Below are positions 1-13,972 of a stretch of 64,000 bases of DNA, piece by piece; the stretch's first letter is position 1; every line of letters starts with the position of its first letter. The notes below the pieces were generated by a model that searched no databases, had not been told where the DNA came from, and worked only from the letters and a program-made list of their open reading frames with translations. A program made the position numbers and the translations under genes. The DNA comes from the human T2T-CHM13v2.0 reference genome, Homo sapiens, in assembly GCF_009914755.1 (NCBI RefSeq), contig NC_060944.1; one strand, written 5' to 3'.

Positions 1-1056
1 TTAAAAGATGCTGTTTTAACTTATAGGACATGCAAGATAAGCAATGCTGGCCTTACCCTACCCCTTCACTTTGTAGAGAGGGTAACTGATGCAGGTTCTT
101 ACATGGTCTGAAGTTATTAAAGAGATAAAATTATACAACTTAGAGATAAGGCTATGTGAGCAGAATATAAATGGACATGATAATAAGCCAACCTTTATTT
201 GACCTCTCAACAAGTTTGGCTGGTTTTTCTCCTGTTGAATTAGAATTGTGTCCTTTTAGCGATCTTCCGTAGTTTAAAGAAGAGGCTTGTCTGGATCAGC
301 CACACCCGTAGGCAGCCTCAGATCATCACTTGTTGGTGGGATTAGAGAGGTGCTGGGAGGGACCCCTAAGTGATTTAAATCCAGGGACCACAGTGTCCAA
401 AACTCTTACAGAATTAGTTTTTGGCTGAAGCCTTACTTTTTTGTGTGTGTTTTAAATGTAGAACAAAAGAATTGTTGTGAGAAATAAACTATCATTACAT
501 CCTGCTATTAATACCTTTGAGACAATAATTTCACCAGAGAGTACCTGGACATAATTCAGAGGACAAGGATGCTTCAAGGGGAAGGAGAAAGTGAAAAAAA
601 GAAATAGAAGATGGAAAGAAATCAAGATGAGCTTTGCCTACACTGTCTTTACAGACTTTGAGAGGATGAAAAGAGTAAATGTATCATGGAGTTGGGTGCA
701 CACTATAGGAGGTATGCTTCCTATACACAGTCTTCCTTACCTTTTTAAGGATGAGTGTTACAGATCTATTCTGATATCCTGATGAAAGCTACAGACCTTC
801 TTGTAAAAAAAAATGTGTACACACACACACACACATGCATACATGGTTTCAGGGAATTTGGGATGTTCACACGTCCCTTGATGTCCATTCACAGACCCCC
901 ACTTCAGGGAAACGGCCTAACATGTAGAAGAGTTCAAGGTCAGAACTAGGATGGCGACGGATTTTACATTACAAAGAACAATGATCTTGGGTCTCTCATT
1001 TCTAACAATCTCATACGGAGGATGAAGTTTTTGGTAAAAGTGGACATTTATTGAAG

Positions 1057-4000
1057 ATTTTTGTGCTTTTACTGATACATAATATTTATACATATTTATG
1101 GGCTACATGTCATATTTTGTTACATACATAAAATGTAATGATCAAGTTACAGTATTAGGGTATCTATCACCTTGTGTATTTATCATTTCTATGTGTTGGG
1201 AACATTTCAAATCCTCTCTTCTAACTATTTTGAAATATACAATACATTGTTGTTAGGTATAGCCACCCTACTCTGCTATTAAATATTAAAACATATTCCT
1301 TCTATTTCACTGTATGTATATGTTCATTAACCAATCTCTCTTCATTCCCACACCCCGCTACCTGAACCTTCCCAGCCTCTGGTATCTACTATTCTATTCT
1401 CTACCTCCATAAGATCAACTTTTTTAGCTCCTACATACGAATGAGAATATACAATATTTGTCTTTCTGTACCTGGCTTATTTCACTTAGCATAATGACCT
1501 GCAATTCCATCCATGTAGTTGCAAATGACATGATTTCATTTGTTCATGTTTTTACTTTTCTAGTTCCTTGAGATACATTGTTACATTTTTTATCTGAAAT
1601 CTTTCTGCTTTTTAACTGTGAGCATTTTTTGCTATAAACATCCTTCTTAACACTGCCTTTGCTGTATCTCATTGGTTTTAGTATGTTGTGTTTCAATCTT
1701 CACTGGTTTCAAGAAACTTTTTGATTCTCTCCTTAATTTCTTCCTTGACCCAATGTCATTCAGGAACATGGTGATTAATTTCCATGTATTTATATTGTTT
1801 CTAAAGTTCCTCTTGTTAGTGATGTCTACATTTATTCCATTGCATTCTGACAAGATAGCTGATATAATTTCAATTTTTTAAAAAATAGGGATTTTTTTTT
1901 TGTGTCCTAACATATAGTCTATCCTGAAGAATGTTCCATATGAGAAGAATGTGTGTTCTGTAGCCGTTTGATGAGATGTTCTGTAAATGTCTGTTAGGGC
2001 CATTTAATCTCAAGTGCAATTTAAATCCATTTTTTGTTGTTATTAATTTTCTGTCTAGATGATCTGTCTATTGCTGAGTGTAGAGTATTAAAGTCCACAA
2101 CTACTGTCATATTGGAGTCTATCTCTCCCTTTAATCTAATAATATTTGCTTTGTATATCTGGGTGCTCCAGTGTTGGGTGCATATATGTTTAGAATTGTT
2201 ATATCCTCTTGCTGAATCAATATTACTATCATTACGTAATGACCTTCTTTGTTTCTTTTTTTTAAATGTAAAGTCTGTTTTATCTGATATAAGTGTAGCT
2301 ATGTCCTGCTTGCTGTTGGTTTCCATTTGCATGAAATATCTTTTTCCATTTCTTTACTTTCAGTCTATGTATCTCTTCATAGGTAAGGTGAGTTTGTTAT
2401 AGGCAGCATATAGTTGTGTCTTGTTTTCTGTTTAAATTTATTCAGCCAGTTTATATATTTTAAATAGAAAGTTTAATCAATTTACATTCAAGGTTATTAT
2501 TGATATCTGAGCATTTATTTCCATCATTTTATTAATTGATTTCTGGTTGTTTTCTATACTCTTGTTTCTTTTTTTCTCTCTCATGGTTTATCATTGTGGT
2601 TTTGTGGTTTTCTGTACAGTGGTTATATTCAAGTTATTTCTCCTCCTCATTTATGCACTTGCTCTACCAATGAGTTTTATACTTCTGTGTGTTTACATTA
2701 TGGTAGATATTATTCCTTTCACTTCCATGTGTAGAACTTTCTTAAGTATTTCTTGTAGGACCAGTGAAGTTGTCATGAATTTCCTCAGGTTTTACTTGTT
2801 TGGGAAAGGCTTAATTTTTCATTCATTTATAGAGAATAACCTTGCTGGGTATACTATCCCTCACTGACAGTTTCTTTTTTCTTTCAGCACTGTAAATATA
2901 TCATCTTATTGTCTCCTGACCTATAAAGTTTCTTCTGAGAAATCATCTGGTAGTCTGATGGGTGTTCACTCAGTAATGACTGGATGCTCTTCTCTTGCTG
3001 TTTTTAGAATTCTGTGTTAGCCTTTGACTTTTGACAGGTTGACTTCAATGGGTCATAGAGAAGATTTTTTGAATTTTATCTATTTGGAGATCTCTGAGCT
3101 TTCCTATATCTGGATGTCTAAATTTCTTGATAGACTTGGGAAGTTTTCAGCTATTATTTTGTTATATAGGTTTTTTTTACCCCCTTTGGTTTTCTCTGCA
3201 CTTTCTAGAACACAAAATAGTGAATATTTGGTCTCTTTATGGTGTCCAATATATAATGTAGGCTTTGTTCTTTTTTTAAATTATTTTTTATTTATTTTTG
3301 TCTGACTGTGTTTTTCAAAATTTTCAAATTCTGAAATTCTTTCTTCTGCTTGATCTAGTCTATTGTTGAAGTTCTCACATGTGCTTTTCATTTTATTCAA
3401 TAAATTCTTCAATTCCAGTTTTTCTGTTTGGTTCTTTTACATATATATCTCTTTGGTGAATTTCTCATTCATATCTTGAATTGTTTTTCTGATTTCTTTG
3501 TATTGTTTATTTGTGTTCTCTTGTATCTCACTAAGCTTCTTTAATGTCATTGTTTTGATTTTTTTCTGGCATTTCATAAGTTTCTTTTTATTAACATCAG
3601 TTGTTGAAGAATTATTGTGTTTTGGGGGAGGTGCCGTAATTCCCTGCCTTTTCATGTTTTTTGTGCCCTTACTTTGATATGTGTACCTCTGGTATAACAG
3701 ACACTTCTTCCAAATTTTTGTATTTGCTTTCATATATTACAATTTTTTTTTCCCTGAAGATCTCTCTATGGTGTTGTTTGGTTAGGTCACTTTGGCTTTG
3801 AATCTGGGTACTTGTAATACTGTAGTCTAAACAGTATTAGTGGTATCTGTGATTTCCTTAGTGGCTTGGAGTATGGTTGCTAGTAAAGGCTGTAGTGAAG
3901 TTTTGTCGGGGATGTGGATACCATATGGGTCAGTTCTTGGGCCCCAGTGGTGGAAGCAGTGGGCGAAGCATGCCTGTCCTTGGGCCCCAGAGCAGCATAT

Positions 4001-5320
4001 GCTGACACCAGTGTTAGTGGGTCCAGAAAGGCCAAATCTCAGGCATTCAGGCAGCCTGCTTGGGTGTTGGCAGTAGCAGTGGAGGGCTGGGGTTTGGGTG
4101 GATCCTCGGCCCCTGGGAAACAATGGCAGTGGTGGGACAATCCTCTGGCTTCCAAGCAGTTTATGTGAATGTTGGTGGTATGTGCAATGGCCTGGGCAGG
4201 CCGGTTCCCAGGCTTCAGGTGGTGTGTGCCTCAGGTAGGAGGAAGTTCTTCAAATGTTAGCAAATACTGATTCCTCAAACAAATATACTTGATTTGAGGT
4301 GGATGCCAGCTGTGGGAGTAGTAACAGGTTAAGTGGACTCATCCTCTGGCTCCTGAGAAGAGTGCTCAGGGACCAACCAGTGGTGGATGGAGCAATGCAA
4401 TCTCTAGGATGCCAATAGTATGCTTGGGTGCTGGAGAGATAAAATCAGAATGTCTCAGCATCCCCCACAACGAAAGCTGTGCATGTGGGCACTGGCTGTG
4501 GTGGGCAGGGGTAGGGTGATCCCAGCCACCTCAGCAGAGTGCTCAGTGGGGATGGCAATGACTATGCTATGGCCTTGCTACTGGGGAAGGCAGGGTTGCT
4601 TTCAGTGGCAGCAGCTGGGGGCTGGGGGCTGGGTACCACACACTTTGTCTCTGGGTGGTAGATATAGGTATGGAAGCCTGTCCTCAGGATGCTTCTAAAT
4701 GCTCAGCAGCCCCTCTGCTGGGAGTATAGGATCATTGCTAATAGTTCATGCTTCAGCCTTGTTGGCAGCAGCCAGCAGTGGTTGTGGCTGTGGGTGGGGG
4801 ATGTTAATGGGACCCCAGGCATATGGCGATGCAGGTGCTGTTTGGCCCCAGGGCAAGATGCTATCTGAGGCAGGCCAGGCTTCCAAAATGGTGCTGTGCT
4901 GTAGCTACTTAGGACTTGGGAAGTGTGTGGGACCTCCTGTGAGCTCCCTCCGTGAGCAATACTGTCTCACAGTCTCCAGGAAGCTCCCTATGTTAGTCTC
5001 AGGGCAAGTGGTCAACTGGCTCTGCACTGGCTGAGATTGCAGAATCCCTGTTGAGAACAAGGGTCACTGGGGGTCTCTCCCTTATCTGTTTTCTGCATTG
5101 GGAAGCCTCCCTGGGCTCCAAGCCAGCTCCAGATGAGCAGGCTGCCTTGCTTCCCTCTCCTTCTTGGCCTCAAGTGTTTCCTGTCACTTCTCGGTTGAAT
5201 TCCAGTGTTCTTTCTTAGATAATCTATTCAAAGTGTGATTACCTATTTGCTAATTTGGTTTTACTTTGTGGAGGAAGCAAGTGCCACTTGCCTCTACTCA
5301 GGCATCTTGAAGCCCCCTTC
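1057..5320 (-). mobile_element. LINE-1 (L1MA/L1M-type) with 5'UTR, ORF1, ORF2 endonuclease and 3'UTR, but a large internal ORF2 deletion
   Basis: L1MA-type 3'UTR at ~1057-1540. EN-like peptide in ORF 2021..2332 (ATLISDKTDF...IDSNMTVVVDFNTLHSAIDRSSRQKIN). ORF1 coiled-coil remnant 3437..3733 (KKLSEIQENTNKQYKEIRKTIQDMNEKF). 5' end GGGGCTTCAAGATG at ~5315. Decayed TSD at 1041-1056 and 5325-5339. Confidence 0.9.
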
Positions 5321-7306
5321 TGAATGGACATTCTTGAGGCTCATGGAAATACTAAAATTTGCTGATACGGGTTGCAGTGGTATGTGTTGAAAGTGTTACG
5401 TAAATAACTAGGTGTGGGAAAGAATTAATTTTAAATTGGTAGACCTATATAGTCATGTGCACAGAATGATTTTGCAAATTATTCAAGCCTTCTGTCCTAC
5501 CCCTTTATTGCGTGCTCTCTCTCTCTGTCAGACTTCTTCCATATTGGAATCACTTAAGCAGGAAAGAATTAATAGATCTTTAGCAGCATTCCATCACTGA
5601 GACACCAACTACTTCTCCTTGTTTACCTGCCTCTTAATTGCTGTGGTTTCCTAACAAAAGCCTACCATGTTGGAATAGTGCCCTATTCCAGAATATCTAT
5701 CATTCTTGTTCCTAATATATATATATTTTTTACCAGCAAATAACACACTCAGTATTATACCTATAGGGGCAGGAACAGCAGATAAGTATTTTTAAAGATT
5801 TTGAAAGACAAAATGCAAACATTGAATTTCATGGGGTTCAGAAAGAAAAAAGATAACTTTTTCATATGGGGTATAGTGATTACTTTTAATAACTCTTAAC
5901 TGTTGCATATTGGGAGAAAGTTCTTCCAATGTAAACAAATGCTGAATCCTCAATCAAATATATGCATCCTTGAGCTCGCAAGACACAGATGACTATGCCC
6001 TCAATTATTGAAGGATAAGCTTGTCTTGTTTTAGCTCCCTATTTTCTAAAGAAAACATAAAATTCCCTTGGTAAACATGGGTAAATAATACAGAATTGCA
6101 TCTTACTTGCTTTATTTATTTATTTTTTATTTTACAAGTCATTATTTGAAGTTGAATGGAGGCAGTTAAGGCAAATCCTGAACTACAGTTTTATTTGTAC
6201 TTAAACCAGATGAGTCTTCCTCTGGAACATTAAAGCATTATTTCCAGTGATACCCACAGGTCCACTTTAAAGCTCTCTTACAACGAGTCCCATTATTTCA
6301 GCCTGACCATTTGCTTGAAATGATAGAGAGGGGTACAAATGAGATAAGAACCCTGTCCACAAATTCATTATTCTTAACTGTGTTTACAAATGGCTGTGTC
6401 TGACAGTCCACTTTGTCAATGACTGCTGCAGAGCTGATTGTTCCTGTGGCTGTGAGAAGTGAAATGAGGGGTCCTTGACTATATCTAATTTGTGAAGGTA
6501 TTGAATTATTTCTCTGTAAAAGTTTCCCCATTCAGTATGAACTCTTTACCAAGGACACTTAATCACATCTCATGGAAAAACAGGGACCTCCTGTAGGTTA
6601 CACTTAGTTACCTGGCATGGATCATCTTCATTTATCCTCTTTTCAGCATCACTCCAAACTCCTGGTTGCTAAACATAACATTATCCAGTGCTCATAGGCA
6701 AGGAATTCCCAGATGCAATTCTGGAAGATAGGCTGGCTAAGAAAACAAGGTACTCATTTTCTTAAATTCCAAGGCACTTTTCGTAAGAAAGAAAATTAAG
6801 AAAATATGGTTAGATAATTACGTTCACCGTAGTTTATCTTATTAGTCACTCTCTCCTTCCTTGGCTTCAGATGTGAAAAAATGACAGATGATGCATAGTA
6901 AGTCGGAGGATTTGATTAGTAGGTAGATATGGATTATGAGTATTTAGAGGTGGGTTATAAACATCTGATGGTTATAACAGAAAATGATCTGCTAGCCTTC
7001 ATCAAATCTCCTTCAGGCACCACCTTTCAATTTTACTTTTCATAAATAGTAGTTGAGAGTGAGGAGAAGATGCTAATCAAAGGTCTGTAATACTATAAAC
7101 CTGGTGTTACCAATTACAAATAGACTTAGCCATAGATAAAAGTCTCCAAAGAGATTGTGGCAAATATGATTGAAGTGTGTTATTCTAAACAGGGGTATAG
7201 TTGTATATATAATGAAGTACCTACTGTAAATCACACCATTTCTGGATAATAAAAAGCTGATGGTTTGATGGCTTACATCTTCTTACGCATTTTGTGACTA
7301 TGCTCA

Positions 7307-7585
<279 letters not shown>

Positions 7586-7971
7586 TCAAGCTATTGCACT
7601 TACGCTGGTCCCATGTCAAAATGCCACACTTCTGATATTTTTCCCATGGTATTCTCTATAGTAAATGGTTGGTATTACAAAGTGGTCTGGATCACAGAGA
7701 AGACACTGAATAATCATCTTCAACATACAAACTAAGTGACATTTCAGAAAATCAGACATTAAAAATGGAAAATTGTAAATTCAACTGATTCAGGACCAAG
7801 ACTGCAGCAGAAACATCTAAGCTGAATTGTCATCTGTCTTTGTTTATTGCTGCAATTGTGCCACTGAATACCCTCCTTTCTAACTTTCTGCTTTGATCTA
7901 GTGAGAAGAAACTATATTTGAATTGTATCTAAAGTGCAGACTATTAGGTTCTAAATTATATTCTGAGGGGT

Positions 7972-10149
7972 TATATTAGTCCATTCTCATGCTACTAGAA
8001 AGAACGGCCCAAGACCAGGTAATTTAAAAAGGAAAGAGGTTTAAGTGACCCAGTGTTCCACATGGTTGGGGAGGCCTCAGGAAACTTACAGTCATGGCAG
8101 AAGGGGAAGCAAACAAGTCCTTCTTCACATGGTGACAAGAAGAAGTGCCGCACGTTGGGGAAAAAGCCCCTTATAAAACCATCAGATCTTGTGAGAACTC
8201 ACTCACTATCATGAGAACAGCCTGGGGGTAGCCACTCCCATGATTCAATTACCTCCCACTGGGTCCCTCCCACAACATGTAGGGATTATGGGAACTACAA
8301 TTCAAAATGAGATTTGGGTGGGGACACAGCCAAACCATATCATTCCACCCCCAGCCCCTCCCAAATCTCATGTCCTCACATTTCAAAGTATAATCATGCC
8401 TTTCGAACAGTCCCCGAAAGTCTTAATTCATTCCAGTATTAACCCAAAAGTCCAAGTCCAAAGTCTTATCTGAGACAAGGCAGGTCCCTTCCACCTATGA
8501 GCCTGTAAAATCAAAAGCAAGTAGTTATTTCCTAGATACAGTGGGGGTACAGGCATTGAGTAAACACACCCATTTCAAGTGGGGGAAATTGGCCAAAACA
8601 AAGGGGCTGCAGGCCCCATGCAAGTTCAGAATCCAATAGGGCAGTTATTAAAACTTAAAGTTCCAAAATAATCTCCTTTGACTTCATGTCTTACATCCAG
8701 GTCATGCTGATGCAAGAGGTGGGCTCCCATGGCCTTGGGAAGCTCTGAGCCTGTGGCTTTGCAGGGTACCTTTCCCCTCCCGGATGCTTTCTTGGGCTGG
8801 CATTGAGTGTCTGTGACTTTTGCAGGTGCATGGTGCAAGCTGTTGGTGGATCTACCATTATGGGGTCTGGAGGACAGTGGCACTCTTCTCACAGCTCCAC
8901 TAGGGAGTGCCCTAGTGGAGACTCTGTTTCTGGGCTCACACCCCACATTTCCCTTCTGCACTGCCCTAGCAGAGGTTCACCAGGAGGGCTCTGCCTCTGC
9001 AGCAAACTTCTGTCTAGACATCCTTTGAAATAGGTGGAGGTTCCCAAACCCCATTTCTTAACTTCTGTGCACCCACAGGCTCAACACCATGTATAAGCCG
9101 CCAAGGCTTGGGGCTTGCACTCCCTGAAGCAATAGCCTGAGCTCTACGTTGGCCCCTTTGAGCCATGGCTGGGATGCAGTGTACCAAGTCCCAAGGCTGC
9201 ACAAAGCAGCAAGCCCTGGGTTTGGCCCAGGAAATCATTTTTTCCTCCTAGGCCTCTGAACCTGAGAGGGGCTGCTGCAAAGGTCTCTGATTAACATTTG
9301 GCTCCTTGTTACTTATGTAAATTTCTGCAGCAGGCTTGAATTTCTCCTCAGAAAATGGGCTTTTATTTTCTATTGCATTGTCAGGCTGCAAACTTTCCAA
9401 ACTTTTATGCTCTGCTTCCTCTTGAATGCTTTGCCACTTAGAAATTTCTTCCACCAGATATCCTAAATCATCTCTCTCAACTTCAAAGTTCTACAGATCT
9501 CTAGGGCAGGGACAAAATGCTGCCAGTCCAGTCCCTTTGGTAAGCATAGCAAGAATCACCTTTATTCCAGTTTCCAACAAGTTCCTCATCTCCATCTGAG
9601 ACCACCTCAGTCTGGACTTCATTGTTCATGTGACTATCAGCATTTTGGTCAAAGCTATTCAACAAGTCTCTAGGAAGTTCCAAATTTTCCCACATCTTCC
9701 TGTCTTCTTCTGAGGACTCCAAACTGTTCCAACCTCTGCCTGTTACCTAGTTCCAAAGTTGCTTCCACATTTCTGTGTATCTTTATTACAGCAGTGCCCC
9801 ACTATTAGTCCATTCTCACACTGCCCAAGACTGGGTAATTTATAAAGGAAAGAGGTTTAAACTATTAACAGTTCCACAGGGCTGGGGAAACCTCAGGAAA
9901 TGTACAATCATGGTGGAAGGGGACACAAACATGTCCTTCTCATGGTGGCGGAAGGAGAAGTGCTGAGCAAAGGGGTGAAAACCCTTTATAAAGCCATCAG
10001 ATCTCATGACAACTCACTCACTATGACAAGAACAGCATGAGACTCCATGATTCAATTACCTCCCACTGGGTCCCTCCCACAACATGTGGGGATTATAAGA
10101 ATTACAATTTAGGATGAGATTCGGGTGGGGACACAGCGAAACCATATCA
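7972..10149 (-). mobile_element. THE1 (THE1D/C-like) MaLR provirus: 3'LTR 7972-8342, internal 8343-~9802, 5'LTR ~9803-10149
   Basis: Two LTR copies (TATTAGTCCATTCTCA...CAAACCATATCA-like) flank THE1-int sequence (ORF remnants 9248..9454, 9501..9722). Polypurine tract lies next to 8343. TSD GGGGT/GGGAT. Confidence 0.93.
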
Positions 10150-10304
10150 GGGATTCACCTATGAGTAAAGTTCACAGTGGAGCTTGGGGGATCAATGCAT
10201 GCCACTCAAGCATTTTTTTCCTTTAGACTCTACTTTATCTAGTCATTATTATTGTAGCCTAAATTTGTTACTGTATTTTAAGACCTGTAAATCTTGCTTA
10301 GCAT

Positions 10305-10715
10305 TTATTAGTCAAGGTAGGTAGATTAAATTGTGAAAGCAAACTATCCTGAGATTTCAATGTGTGAACATAGCAAAGGTATACTTCTTGCTTATGTGAT
10401 GTCCACTGATTGTCAAGACCACCCCCACCCCACAAGGCAACTGTCCTCTGTACAGCAACTTGTTATTCCAGGTCAATAGGATGCTGTAACTATTACCTGG
10501 ACTATTGGAAACAAGTGGGCTCCTATTCAATCAAGTGAGGGAAGAAAAACTGGAGAAATGTGTGTGGGCTTTTCACAGCTAAGCTTGACGTTGTACACAT
10601 CTCCGTCCATTGGCTAGAACTAGTCAAAAGTCTCCACCACAGCAAAAGGGCAAGGGTGTTTAGTCTCCTTAAGCTTCCGCAATCAGATTTGGGCGAGTAC
10701 TAGGCGTGACTGTAA
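10305..10715 (-). mobile_element. Old MLT1-family MaLR LTR (approximate)
   Basis: TATTAGTCAAGG start and CCATTGGCTAGAACTAGTCA motif typical of MLT1. Confidence 0.5.
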
Positions 10716-12017
10716 TGACATTTATAATCTCAAAGTAACATTGTAACTCAAGCTAGAAAAATATCTAGTTTTCAGCTTTTAATTCTGTGTCCTCTTATTA
10801 TAATCCCTTGATGCTACATTGCCACAAAAGAAGAAAGAAAAAGAACTGCATTTCCTTTTGTTTGTGATAAACAGGAGGGCACAATGGCTGGTGTTTTCAG
10901 GTCATGATTTATTGGTTCAGCCGGAACCACTGCAATGCTACATTCTTCTAGGACACTCAGCAACACAGCAGGCCTTTTAAAGAATCCCAACTGGCTCCCA
11001 CGCTGAATAGAAAAGAAGGGAAAAGTATCATCCCAGCTAGCTTTGGCTGAAATGAAAATCTGCTCGAACCAAAAATAGAACTCTCATGGGGATTGTCTTT
11101 TAAAAAGAACGGCAGGGCTCAGTAGTTCTATGTGACATATGTTGAATCATTTAAAATTTTTTCCCTCCACATAGTTTAGTCAGAAACTAAATGGCTTTGA
11201 GGTAGGAAAAAATAATGAACTTTAACTCAAAAAGACATTTCAGAAATTTCAGACCAGGGCAGCCAAGGTATTTGTCAGCCCAGGCTATTTTCCTTTATTC
11301 CCTCTTGCTCTTGGAATGTAAGTTTCTAAAACTCTATTGAATGGCAATCCTGTAATATCTTACTCTATTATTGTCCCCCATCTCTCCTGATGCATGCAGT
11401 TATCCTCTCTGGAAGTGCATATCTAACATTTTCTATCTGTTCTTCCTATCTATAGGACATTCAAGGTCCTCTTTCAAAACTCTCAGCTCCCCAAGGCTTT
11501 CTGTGCATGTGCTTTATGTTGTGCAATTATCACTTTATAAAATACCGTCCTTTTCTCCAGGAGCTCCTCTATGTGGTTGAGAACTTAATCACATGCTGGT
11601 TTACGCAACAAATGTTGGAATTATGTCAGTCATGTCCTCCCAGAGAGGTCAAGTAGCCCTTGACATACCTTTTCTCTATTGAACTCAATAATACCAAGTT
11701 GATGTTGCAGACTGGGATCTCAGTAGCTATTTGTTGGTTGATGGTACCACACTTATTCAAACTGGGGTAATGTGACTTTTCTGAGACATGTGGAGTATAT
11801 ATCAATATGCTCTTTGGCCATCCCTGATGATGTGGTCTCATCTATCCACTTCCAAATGACTGCTGGGGCTGAGTCCCTATTGGAGCCAAGGGGTAAGCCA
11901 TACATTATGCTGTTCCTGTCCCTGATGGTATTGAGAACCCATTGTATTGCTGTCTCTGGAACATTGGAGAGATCTGTAGATAGGATTACCATTCTTAATT
12001 CTTTACTCATTCCTAAA

Positions 12018-12440
12018 ATATGGTTATATGTTTCTGTGCTCCTTTACCATATGATTTTCCCTCACAGCAGAGCAGGCAGAATATGTATGTACCCTCATCC
12101 TGTCCATTTTGGGCTCATGTAACTTCCTTTGGCCAATGGAGCATTAGCACTTGGATCCTATGCAAGGGCCTTATGCTTATAGTTTGGCCTCTTTTGCTCT
12201 ATTCTCTTAAGAAGGATCTACCTTTGGTGTTTATTTGGCCTCAAAATGATGAAAACACGTGGAGCAGACTTGACTGTGATCAGCAGCTAAGAATCCCTCG
12301 TAGCCCACCTGACCCAGGTAAGCCCAGTCAATATTAGCCAAACCATGACTACTTTTTAGAACAGAGTAAGAAAAATAAGCATTTGAGAAAAAACACTGAG
12401 ATTTGGGGATAAGGAAATTGTTACACAAAATTATCACAGT
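12018..12440 (+). mobile_element. Old MLT1-family LTR (approximate)
   Basis: CATGTAACTTCCTTTGGCCAATGG, CACGTGGAGCAGAC, and a 3' CACTGAGATTTGGGG...TTGTTACACA end. Confidence 0.55.
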
Positions 12441-12763
12441 AAAAATCTTACAAAAAAATAGATTCGGTGGTGCGACATCCAGGATAGGGAGGCCTCAAAG
12501 ACAAACCGATCATAAAAGAGTAGTTGCTGGTTTGAGGGAGGAAGCAGGGAAAACACTGGAAGAAACCAGTGTGTTCTTACTGGAAAGACATCGTACAATA
12601 AAAGAACATGGCTTCAGGCAGATGACCAGGTGGAGTGGCTGCCCTTTTGGCACTGACTTCTGGTGACAATCTTCCCTATTTGCAGAAATTCTCTTTTCTG
12701 CCACACTGGCAAATTGTGCTACCTTTCAGACCTCAAGATTCTAATATGATGTAAAGATAAGTA

Positions 12764-13023
12764 GTACAGTGTAGTGGTTAAGAGAATAAGCTCTAGAGCC
12801 CAGCTGTCTGGGTTTTAATCTTGGCTCTGCCACTTTACTGACTTCCTGACCTTGGCAAATTATGTAGCCTTGTCATGTCTTAGTTTTCTTATCTGGAAAA
12901 TGGGGCTTGTAATAGAATCTACCTCATACAATCATTGTGAGGATTAAATGTTTTAATATGCATAAGTACTTAGAATGGGGTCAGGAACTTAGTAAGTTCT
13001 CAGTAAGTCACAGCTATTATTAA
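12764..13023 (+). mobile_element. MIR SINE
   Basis: GTGTAGTGGTTAAGAG...GGCTCTGCCACTT...TGACCTTGGC...AAAATGGGG...GTGAGGATTAAATG core. Confidence 0.88.
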
Positions 13024-13146
13024 TGTCATTATTGTTTAACCAAAATTTAGGGCACAGAAGCCCATAGTACTCTGCTGGGTATCCTGTAAGAAATTCAGAT
13101 GAATATAAACATGGCCACTGCCCTCAAGAAATGTATAATCTAAAAT

Positions 13147-13215
13147 CTGCTAATTTTGTATTCTCTGACCTTACTAAATTTTTAAATTAGTTCTGATAGG
13201 GGTGTGTGTGTGTGT

Positions 13216-13259
<44 letters not shown>

Positions 13260-13972
13260 TTTGTAGGGATTTCTACATATAGGATAATGTCTTCTATGAA
13301 CAGAGATAACTTTATTCCTTTTTAAATTTAGATATCTTTTTTTTTCTTGCCAAATTGCTCTGGCTAGTATTTTTAGTATTTTGTTGAGTAGAAGTGATAA
13401 GCATGGGCATTCTTGTCTTGCTCCTGATCTTTGAATTTTTCACCATTGAATATGACATGAATTGTCGGCTTTTCATTTTTGGTTATTATTATATTAAGAT
13501 ATTTTTCTTCTATTTCTAGTTTGTTGAGAATTTTTATAATGAAATTGTGTTATATTTCATCAAATGCTTTCTTACATTTATTGAGATGATCCTGTGTTTT
13601 TAATCCTTTATTCTGCTATGTGGTATATCTCATTAACTGATTTTCATCTGTTGAAACATCTTTGCATTACAAGGATAAGTCTGATTTGGCTTTGGGGTAT
13701 GATCTTTTTAATGTGCTGTTGGATTTGGTTTACTGATATTTTGTTGAGAATTTTTGCATCCATATTCAACAGAGTTATGGCCTTTAGTTTTATTTTATTA
13801 TAGCATTTTTTTCTGGCTTTGGTAAAAGGAGACGGTGGCCTCATAAATTGAGTTTGAAAGTATTGTCTCTTTTTCAATTTTTTGAAGAATTTGAGAATAA
13901 TTGGCATTAATTCATCTTTAAGTGTTTAGTAGAATTCACCAATGAAGTCATCTGGTCCTGGGCTTTTCTTTC
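13147..13972 (-). mobile_element. L1 ORF2 (RT) fragment
   Basis: ORF 13644..13907 contains LLNMDAKILNKISVNQIQQHIKKII, the L1 RT motif. Confidence 0.9.
13202..13258 (+). repeat. (TG)n microsatellite, ~28 units with one TA interruption
   Basis: Read directly from the sequence. Confidence 0.98.
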
